From Candidatus Yanofskybacteria bacterium RIFCSPHIGHO2_01_FULL_44_22 (lineage in GTDB: Bacteria; Patescibacteriota; Minisyncoccia; 2-02-FULL-40-12; GWA2-44-9), in the NCBI GenBank assembly GCA_001794205.1, contig MGJJ01000019.1, forward strand, positions 1,353-65,352: a DNA stretch of 64,000 nucleotides, given 5' to 3'. Both the position numbers and the translations under genes were made by a program. Below the pieces are notes generated by a model, which ran no database searches, had not been told where the DNA came from, and saw only the letters and a list, made by a program, of their open reading frames with translations. Below, in pieces: positions 1 through 7,154 of the stretch; position 1 is the first letter of the stretch; every line of letters begins with the position of its first letter.

Positions 1-1247
1 CCAAATTTTTCAAAGGTCCGGGTTCGGAAACATTATTTGACCGTGCCCACAACATGTTTGTTGAAATTTTGGTAACGATGGGTTTGACGGGGTTTTTTGC
101 TTATATTTTGCTCTTTTTGGCAATGGCGCAAACATTGAAAAAAATAAAAAAATTGCCAAATTCTGCTGTTTATTCTATTGGTTTTATATCGCTTATGGTT
201 GTTTATGTCATTCACAATTCTTTTATTTTTGATACCTCGGGGAATTTTATTGTTTTTTTCGGCATTCTCGGTTTTGTTTCGGCCCTTCCATCGTTATTGG
301 AGCCGCCGGCCGGAAATAATAAACCGGCCGTTCAGCCCGCCGGACAGCGCGGTTTAGGTAGCCTGTATTCATTTTCTGCGGTTGTTTTATTTATTGCCGT
401 TTCGGCCTTAATTTATAAAACCAACATTTTGCCGGCCAAAGCGAATTATACGACCACGCGCGCCATTATTATCGGATGGAGCGGAGATTTTAACGGCGCC
501 GTCAAGAAATATCAGGAAGCTGTAGCTTACGATGTTCCCGGAAAATATGAAATCAGACACCGGTTCGGCCAATATCTTCTGGAACGGGGAGTAAGCGCGT
601 CGCCGGAAGCGCTCCAGATAGTCATTGATGCAATTCAAAAAAACGCCGACGAAAACCCGCTTGATTATCTGCCGCAGTTATATCTGGCGCGGCTGAATAT
701 TTTGCTTGGCCGAGACCAGCCCGATTCTCCGTATAACGACGAATCATTAAAGCATTCCACAAAAGCTCTGGAACTTTCTCCCACCTTTGTCAGAACTTAT
801 TATGAAGTCGCTCAAGCCCATCTGAATAAAAAAAACATAGCCAGGGCGGCAGAGTATTTTAAAAAGGCGGTTGATTTGAATCCGGATGTGGGCCTGTCGC
901 TTTGGTATTGGGGAATCGTGGAATACGACCTCGGCAACACCAAAATCGGTTTGGAAGCCATTGAGCAGGCCATTGATAAAGAATTTAACGTCGCCGAGTC
1001 CGACTATCTCCGCTTGATAGCCGTTTATTTGAGACAAAACGATTACAAAAAAATCATCTGGGCCCAGGAAAAGCTTGTTGCCTTAAAACCCAATAATGCT
1101 CAATATCATGCTTCCTTAGCGGCAGCTTATGTCAAAGTGGGCCGGATTGACGATGCCGTCAAGGAAGCCCGCGAAGCAGCCCGGCTGGATAAAATGTTTG
1201 AGGCCGAAGCCCGCAGTTTTATTCGAAGTTTAGGCAGGGAATTCTGA
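1..1247 (+). CDS. Membrane protein with Wzy/O-antigen-ligase-like hydrophobic segment and C-terminal TPR repeats; 5' end lies outside the window (reading frame open back to position 1)
   Basis: The frame has no stop back to the window edge. The N-terminal part is hydrophobic (LTGFFAYILLFLAMAQTL...). The C-terminal ~250 aa is TPR-like (AVAYDVPGKYEIRHRFGQYLLE..., AQAHLNKKNIARAAEYFKKAVDLNPD). Stop at 1247. Confidence 0.6.
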   Translation, partial: KFFKGPGSETLFDRAHNMFVEILVTMGLTGFFAYILLFLAMAQTLKKIKKLPNSAVYSIGFISLMVVYVIHNSFIFDTSGNFIVFFGILGFVSALPSLLEPPAGNNKPAVQPAGQRGLGSLYSFSAVVLFIAVSALIYKTNILPAKANYTTTRAIIIGWSGDFNGAVKKYQEAVAYDVPGKYEIRHRFGQYLLERGVSASPEALQIVIDAIQKNADENPLDYLPQLYLARLNILLGRDQPDSPYNDESLKHSTKALELSPTFVRTYYEVAQAHLNKKNIARAAEYFKKAVDLNPDVGLSLWYWGIVEYDLGNTKIGLEAIEQAIDKEFNVAESDYLRLIAVYLRQNDYKKIIWAQEKLVALKPNNAQYHASLAAAYVKVGRIDDAVKEAREAARLDKMFEAEARSFIRSLGREF

Positions 1248-1291
1248 TTTCTTTGTTTTTCGGTACCCCAACAATTTAACGAAAGTGTTTT

Positions 1292-1433
1292 GAGAACCCT
1301 TGCCGCACGAAAAGACACCGGTCGGTTTCCCCGGCGGGAAAACCGCCGCTCGGCTCTCGGGCTCGCTCTCTCGCTTTGCTCGAACCGTGCCCGCTCGCCC
1401 TCCGAGACGCTTTTCTTGGCGGCAAGGGTTCTC
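1292..1433. other. GC-rich structured element: 15-bp perfect inverted repeat (gagaacccttgccgc / gcggcaagggttctc) enclosing 112 nt, inside a 500-nt GC-rich convergent intergenic region (1248-1748)
   Basis: Read directly from the sequence. The local GC content is much higher than that of flanking genes. Only Arg-rich spurious ORFs cover it. Confidence 0.45.
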
Positions 1434-1748
1434 TGTCCTACCCCCATGTCGGACTTAGGGGGAAAAAGAGCGCGTTCTCCGCTACTTAGCCTTGATTGGT
1501 AATTGGCATTTGGTTGAGAAAAGTCAAAGGAAAAACGCCAAAAAGATTTAAATAAGATTTGTGAATTTTGTCCAAATTCCACTATTTTACCCTGCCCCGA
1601 CCCGTTTTGAGGAACGCCTCGGAACCAGTCCCAGCTTGGTTTCCGCCTTTTGGGCGGATGAGAGACGAGGCTGCGGCGAGCCGCCGGAACGAGCCGACAG
1701 CCGATTCCGAAAAGCGGGTTAGGGCGGGGGAAAAAATAATCGGAATTC

Positions 1749-3074
1749 CTACTTCCCCGATTGCTGAAGAGCGATGCGGGCGGTTTTAAGGGCGATGCCC
1801 AAATCCAAAAACAACGAACGATTCTTGATGTAGTAAAGGTCGTATTGGAGTTTTTCGGCGGCATCCTTGACCGACGAGCCATAGCGGAAATTTATCTGGG
1901 CCCAGCCGGACAAGCCCGGCTTTATCAGATACCTCTCTTCATAAAAAGGAATTTCTTTTTTAAGGATTTCGTGGAATTCCGGCCTCTCGGCCCGGGGACC
2001 GACAAATGACATTTCCCCTTTGATTATATTCCAAAGCTGGGGCAGTTCATCGAGCCGCGTTTTTCTTAAAAATCCGCCGACCCGGGTGGCTCGCGGGTCG
2101 TTATCCGCCGCCCAAACAGCGCCGGTAAGTTGTTCCGCGTCTTGCCGCATGGTACGGAATTTCAGCATTTCAAACGTTTTGCCGATTTGCCCGATTCTTT
2201 TTTGTTTGTAAAAAACCGGACCCCTTGAATTAAGCTTGACGGCGAGAATTAAAAACGGATAAAAGACCAGAGAAATCGTTCCCAAAATTGCGGCAAAAAC
2301 CGCGTCCATAAATCTCTTGGCCGTTTCATATGCCATCTTGTTGCCCTCGCTTAAATTTTCCAAAAACCAAACTTGGTCAATTGCTCCGAGAGGCACCCTT
2401 CCGGTAAGCCGCTCGTAAAAAGACGCCAAACTATAAAATGTTATTTTCTGCCCCAGGGATTTGTAAAAGATATTTATTATTTCCGGTGATTGATACGCTT
2501 CCGGCCCGATGACCACCGTATTGATTTTATCCTGCAAAATCAGCCGTTCCAATTCGCCGGTTCTTATTTTTTCCACATCCACAACCTGTTTTAAATCGTA
2601 TCCAAGCTGGGGGTTGTCTTTGATAAATTGAGCCAGCTCGGAGGTCTGTTGGTTGTCGCTTGCAATCAGGGTCGGCCTTTTAAACTTTTTTTCGGCAATC
2701 CCGTTAAAAAGGCGGCGGTTGCCCAATTCCAATAAAGTGAAAATCGCAATGAGGAGAACCAGATTTGTTTTGGGGGTTATTCCAAGAAAAGGAATCAGGT
2801 AGAAAAAAAACACCGAAATGCTTCCGGCAATGGTTATGGAGCGAAAAAAAACCGAATAAAATTGGGCGTTATTGCGGAAATGCCTCGGTTCGTAGAGGCC
2901 GGCTATATAAAATACCAGAAGCCAGACGGTAAAAATTATACTGAAAGAGACCAAATGAAGATTCAGCCAATAACCGAACTTTTCATCATAGTCGCGATAT
3001 CTTATCGCCAAAGTAACAAGAAGAGCGGCATAAAAAACTATAATATCTAAAATAAAAAGAGTAATTTTGCGCAT
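1749..3074 (-). CDS. Undecaprenyl-phosphate sugar phosphotransferase (WbaP/exopolysaccharide polyprenyl glycosylphosphotransferase family)
   Basis: N-terminal transmembrane helices. The C-terminal bacterial sugar transferase domain carries conserved stretches (ILAVKLNSRGPVFYKQKRIG, DELPQLWNIIKGEMSFVGPRAERPEF, IKPGLSGWAQI). Confidence 0.85.
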   Translation of the reverse strand: MRKITLFILDIIVFYAALLVTLAIRYRDYDEKFGYWLNLHLVSFSIIFTVWLLVFYIAGLYEPRHFRNNAQFYSVFFRSITIAGSISVFFFYLIPFLGITPKTNLVLLIAIFTLLELGNRRLFNGIAEKKFKRPTLIASDNQQTSELAQFIKDNPQLGYDLKQVVDVEKIRTGELERLILQDKINTVVIGPEAYQSPEIINIFYKSLGQKITFYSLASFYERLTGRVPLGAIDQVWFLENLSEGNKMAYETAKRFMDAVFAAILGTISLVFYPFLILAVKLNSRGPVFYKQKRIGQIGKTFEMLKFRTMRQDAEQLTGAVWAADNDPRATRVGGFLRKTRLDELPQLWNIIKGEMSFVGPRAERPEFHEILKKEIPFYEERYLIKPGLSGWAQINFRYGSSVKDAAEKLQYDLYYIKNRSLFLDLGIALKTARIALQQSGK

Positions 3075-3193
3075 TTATTTAATTGTGCATTATTCGTGAA
3101 TAATTGTCAAATGTTGACTTTTGTGTTGTAAAATTATAAACTGGCGCTACTTACCATCATAATATATTATTATTTATCAGTCATAAACTAAAA

Positions 3194-4186
3194 ATGACCG
3201 AGAAAACAAATAAAATCAAAATTGGCATAATTGGCTTGGGAATGGTCGGTGAACCTTTGCGAAAATGGTTTGAGGAAATTAACGGCTGTAAAAGAGGCAG
3301 AGACTTGTTTTGTTATGATATAGCCCCCCAAAAAGGTTATTTTGACGATGTAAACAGGGCCGATGTTATTTTTGTAGCCGTACCGACGCCCTCAAACCTG
3401 GACGGAAGCTGTAATTTGTCTTTTGTTAAAAACGCAGTCGGGAAAATTAAAAACGGAAAAATTGTGGTGATAAAATCAACTGTTGCTCCCGGCACGGTGG
3501 AAGAACTTCAAAAAAAATATCCCCAAAAGAGGTTCATTTTTAATCCCGAATTTTTGACCGAAACCCAGGCGTGGGAAGATTTTATTTCTCCCGACCGGCA
3601 AATTATCGGCTCTACGGCAAAAAGCGCGACTGACTCCGTTGAAATTTTAAATCTTTTGCCGAAGAAAAATTTTATCCGGCCGTGGACCTCCGATTATGTG
3701 AAAAAATCAGTCAACGCCACCGAAGCGGAATTGGGCAAGTACGCTTCCAATGTGTTTGGATTTATTAAAGTTATCTACGGCAATATTTTGGCCGATACCT
3801 GTTATGCGGTAAATCAAAAATATAAAAAGGAAAAAATAAATTCAGAAGTCCGATACGATAATTTAAAAGAACTTATCGGCGCCGATTTGCGTATCGGTCC
3901 GGCTTGGCTTGATGTGGAACACGGCAATTATTGCGGGGCCGGCGGTTATTGTTTTCCCAAAGACATGAATGCTTTTATTTCTTTTGCCGGCGAACTTGCC
4001 GAAAAGCTGGAAAAGAGAAAGTTCGATAAAGAATTTCTCAAAGTTTTTAAAAAGGGGATTGCCGTTTTGCAAACGATACGCGATTACAACAAAGAATTGT
4101 TAAAACATCAGGGTTTGACCGCGGAAGAAGTTTCAAGGCACAATAAGGAAATAATCACGGAAAAAAGAAAAAAGATACGAATATGA
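3194..4186 (+). CDS. UDP-glucose/GDP-mannose dehydrogenase family protein (short form)
   Basis: N-terminal Rossmann motif (KIGIIGLGMVG). The NPEFLTE...DFISPDRQIIG stretch and the GGYCFPKD catalytic Cys motif are present. The protein is shorter than canonical Ugd, so the C-terminal UDP-binding domain is reduced or absent. Confidence 0.7.
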   Translation: MTEKTNKIKIGIIGLGMVGEPLRKWFEEINGCKRGRDLFCYDIAPQKGYFDDVNRADVIFVAVPTPSNLDGSCNLSFVKNAVGKIKNGKIVVIKSTVAPGTVEELQKKYPQKRFIFNPEFLTETQAWEDFISPDRQIIGSTAKSATDSVEILNLLPKKNFIRPWTSDYVKKSVNATEAELGKYASNVFGFIKVIYGNILADTCYAVNQKYKKEKINSEVRYDNLKELIGADLRIGPAWLDVEHGNYCGAGGYCFPKDMNAFISFAGELAEKLEKRKFDKEFLKVFKKGIAVLQTIRDYNKELLKHQGLTAEEVSRHNKEIITEKRKKIRI

Positions 4187-5085
4187 AAATCGTAGTTACC
4201 GGCGGAGCGGGGTTTATCGGTTCTCATCTCGTAGATGCTCTCGTTGAGCGAGGGTTTAAGGTTCATGTAATTGACAATCTTTCCGGCGGGAAAAAAGAAA
4301 ATGTGAACAAGAAAGCCGTTCTCCATATCGCCGACATCCGCAATCTCAAAGAAATTAAACCTATCATCAGGGGCGCCGATTATGTTTTTCATCTTGCCGC
4401 CTTGCCGCGCGTTCAATATTCCATAGAAAATCCAGAAGAAACCCACGATGTAAATGTCAGCGGCACATTGAACGTTCTTTTGGCGGCTAAGGACGGCGGT
4501 GTCAAAAGAGTTATTTATTCCGCTTCAAGTTCGGCTTACGGCGACCAAAAAAGAATGCCCTTACTTGAAAATATGCCCGCCGCTCCTAAAAGTCCCTACG
4601 GTCTCCAAAAATATATCGGAGAATTATATTGCAGGCTTTTTTCGGAGGTTTACGGCCTGCCAACCGTTTCTTTGCGCTATTTCAATGTTTACGGTCCGAG
4701 ATTCAATCCCGAAGGGCCGTATGCTTTGGTAATCGGCAAGTTTATCCTCCAGCGCAAATTGGGCCAGCCGTTAACGATTACGGGCGACGGCAAACAGACC
4801 CGCGATTTTACTCATGTTTCCGATGTGGTGCTGGCGAATCTGTTGGCGATGGAAAGTAAAAAAGTCGGCCATGGTGAAGTGATGAATATAGGCGCTGGAA
4901 GCAACACCACAATCAACAAGTTGGCAAAATTAATCGGCGGTCAAAGTAAGCACATTGCGTTCCGCCTTGAACCCAAAAATACTCTTGCCGGCACCTCGTT
5001 GGCTTTTAAATTGTTGGGGTGGAAACCGCAAATTAAAACCGAAAACGGCATAAAACAACTTCTTCGCGAAGAGGGCCTGATATGA
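4183..5085 (+). CDS. NAD-dependent epimerase/dehydratase (UDP-sugar 4-epimerase-like)
   Basis: MKIVVTGGAGFIGSHLVDAL Rossmann start. YxxxK-type short-chain dehydrogenase/reductase (SDR) core (SPYGLQKYIGE). The ATGA start overlaps the upstream stop. Confidence 0.85.
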   Translation: MKIVVTGGAGFIGSHLVDALVERGFKVHVIDNLSGGKKENVNKKAVLHIADIRNLKEIKPIIRGADYVFHLAALPRVQYSIENPEETHDVNVSGTLNVLLAAKDGGVKRVIYSASSSAYGDQKRMPLLENMPAAPKSPYGLQKYIGELYCRLFSEVYGLPTVSLRYFNVYGPRFNPEGPYALVIGKFILQRKLGQPLTITGDGKQTRDFTHVSDVVLANLLAMESKKVGHGEVMNIGAGSNTTINKLAKLIGGQSKHIAFRLEPKNTLAGTSLAFKLLGWKPQIKTENGIKQLLREEGLI

Positions 5086-5098
5086 TATAATGGTCTGA

Positions 5099-6790
5099 AT
5101 GTTGTTGCGTCACAAAAAAATCAGAATATTTATCGGAGCGGCAATATTTTTGGCGGCTCTTTTTTTGTCGGCAAACATTCAAGTTTTGCCTGCGCAGGCG
5201 GGCGATATTCTCGGCCAAAATAAGAATTTTTTCGTGAACTCCGAATACGACAAATTCAATCGGACGCAAATTTCAGCCACATTGGCGGCCGTTTCGGAAC
5301 AAGCCTATTTTTTCATCGAGGATATTTATTGGAATGGTTTAAGTTTTGAGCGAAAAGAGGCCCTGATTTCCAACATTGCCCCTCTTGCCGGCGCGTTTGA
5401 TAATGACATTTATCCAAAAGAAAGGGAATTTTGGGGGTCGGAACCGAACCCAGGGGTGGATGGCGACTCCAAAATTACGATTGTCGTGGAACAATTGGTA
5501 AGCGGCAACGGTGGGTATTTTGATACTCTGAACGGTTATGACGCCCCCGAATCCAACAAAAGAGAAATGTTCTTCGTGAGCGCCGCCGCCGTGCAGGATA
5601 ACCTCCGAAACGCCAAAATATTTTTGGCCCACGAATTTCAGCATCTTGTTTCTTTTAACCAGAAAGATATTATGCGGAATATTTCCGAGGATGTGTGGCT
5701 GAACGAATTGCGCTCGGAATATTCAGTCACCATAGCGGGTTTTAATGAGCCTTATGCCGGTTCCGGTCTTGAAAGACGAGCTGAACTTTTCATGTCGCAG
5801 CCGTCAGACAGCCTGACGGAATGGCCCAACTCTTCGCTTGATTATGCCCAAGCGGCTTTGTTCGGAGAATATCTGGTGGAGCAATATGGGTCGGAAATAT
5901 TAAAAGATACTTTGCGCAGTTCCGCTGCGGGCATTGTTTCCATCAATCAGTTTTTGGCGGATAAAAATTATAAAGAACGGTTTGGCGACGTGTTCGGTAA
6001 TTGGGCAATTGCCAATTATTTGAACAGCGCCTCGGTCGATAAAAAATACGCCTACACCTTATCGGGTCTTCAAAGAGTAAAAGTAAATCCGGCCAGCAAC
6101 GTTTATTTGTCGGGCGCTTCGTATAATTTTTATGAAACCTTAAAGCCTTGGCAGGCGAACTGGCATAAATTCAACGTTGCCTCGTCGATTATGGATTCTA
6201 AAGCAATCAAAATTGATTTTGCCGCCGGTGCGCCGTTTAAGTTTTATTATGTCGATAATTTGGGACGGACGGGCGCCTTGGCTAATCCGGCTTATATTGA
6301 CGACCCCGGCGGACTGGCTGATTTTACGCTTATTCCCGTCAACCAAAGCAAAACATCTGACTTTAGTAAAAATGAACAAGCGGCGCCGATTACTTTCAGT
6401 ATTAATTTTGTGGAAAGCGGTTTGGGCCGTCGGCTGTCGATTATTGAGAACGGCTCTCTGATTAAAAAACCGAGAGAGGGTGAATTGTATGTGATTGAAG
6501 GAAAATATAAAAGATACTTAAGCGCCGGTGCGCTTGCATCATACGGCCATCTTGACCCGACCAAGGCTATCGAGGTTGACGAAGGAACGCTCAATTCTTA
6601 CACAACCGCGAATTATGTTCGCGCGCTGAACGACAAAAAAGTTTATGCGGTGTGGCCCGACGGGACTAAACACTGGCTTAACATGAGCGGCGAATATTTT
6701 ACTCAATCCGGCCGCGATTGGGGCTCCATTTTTACGATTAACGACGCCGAATTTCAGTTTTACAAAACCGGCCCGGATATTGTAAAATGA
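5099..6790 (+). CDS. Secreted hypothetical protein with HExxH motif (possible zincin-like metallopeptidase)
   Basis: N-terminal signal-like hydrophobic segment (IRIFIGAAIFLAALFLSANI). A single HEFQH motif follows a hydrophobic stretch (KIFLAHEFQHLV). I could not place it in a family. Confidence 0.5.
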   Translation: MLLRHKKIRIFIGAAIFLAALFLSANIQVLPAQAGDILGQNKNFFVNSEYDKFNRTQISATLAAVSEQAYFFIEDIYWNGLSFERKEALISNIAPLAGAFDNDIYPKEREFWGSEPNPGVDGDSKITIVVEQLVSGNGGYFDTLNGYDAPESNKREMFFVSAAAVQDNLRNAKIFLAHEFQHLVSFNQKDIMRNISEDVWLNELRSEYSVTIAGFNEPYAGSGLERRAELFMSQPSDSLTEWPNSSLDYAQAALFGEYLVEQYGSEILKDTLRSSAAGIVSINQFLADKNYKERFGDVFGNWAIANYLNSASVDKKYAYTLSGLQRVKVNPASNVYLSGASYNFYETLKPWQANWHKFNVASSIMDSKAIKIDFAAGAPFKFYYVDNLGRTGALANPAYIDDPGGLADFTLIPVNQSKTSDFSKNEQAAPITFSINFVESGLGRRLSIIENGSLIKKPREGELYVIEGKYKRYLSAGALASYGHLDPTKAIEVDEGTLNSYTTANYVRALNDKKVYAVWPDGTKHWLNMSGEYFTQSGRDWGSIFTINDAEFQFYKTGPDIVK

Positions 6791-6797
6791 TTACACT

Positions 6798-7124
6798 ATG
6801 CGATTAATTATTTCTGCCAAAAACATTGCTTTGGACGATGCCCTAAATGTGTTTATTCGTGAAAAAATAGGGAATTTGGATAAGGTAATCGGAAATGACA
6901 AATCCGAGGCCAAGGTTGAAATAGGCAAACCGTCCCGCCATCATCGCAGCGGGCCGGTGTTTTACGCCGAAGTGAATCTGCGACTTGGCGGCAATCTTCT
7001 GCGCGCCTCCTGCTCACATGAAGATTTGCGCAACGCCATTGTCGACGTGAAAGACGAGCTTCAGGCGCAGATAAAGAAATTTAAAGAAAAAAGAAAAGAT
7101 GCAGCCAGACAGCCTAAGAAATAA
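6798..7124 (+). CDS. hpf: Ribosome hibernation promoting factor / RaiA (YfiA/HPF family, short form)
   Basis: MRLIISAKNIALDDALNVFIREKIGNLDKV... is typical of the sigma-54 modulation protein/HPF family. Size is ~108 aa. Confidence 0.8.
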   Translation: MRLIISAKNIALDDALNVFIREKIGNLDKVIGNDKSEAKVEIGKPSRHHRSGPVFYAEVNLRLGGNLLRASCSHEDLRNAIVDVKDELQAQIKKFKEKRKDAARQPKK

Positions 7125-7127
7125 TTG

Positions 7128-7150
7128 CGAGGGGCTTGCCCCTCGTTTTT
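7128..7150 (+). terminator. Rho-independent terminator after hpf (cgagggg-cttg-cccctcg followed by TTTTT)
   Basis: A 7-bp GC stem plus U-tract was read from the sequence. It overlaps the first, probably unused, part of the long secA ORF. Confidence 0.7.
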
Positions 7151-7154
7151 ACTT

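Noticed and set aside
1248-1748. RNase P RNA, tmRNA or SRP RNA as identity of the GC-rich region
   Set aside because: I could not find P4 helix strands (AGGAAAGUCCGG / ACAGAANCCGGCUUA), the tmRNA tRNA-like ends (GGGG...UUCGAAUCCCCC...CCA) or the SRP domain IV motif on either strand. It is left as an unknown structured element.
1127-1882. 251-aa minus-strand ORF spanning the GC-rich spacer
   Set aside because: The product is an Arg/Pro/Ser-rich low-complexity sequence, typical of out-of-frame reading through GC-rich noncoding DNA. There is no start context, and it overlaps a convergent gene end.
7125-7154. Upstream extension of secA to the ATG at 7125
   Set aside because: It would translate through the hpf terminator hairpin (MRGACPSFLL). 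The canonical SecA N-terminus MNFLSKIFG begins at 7155.
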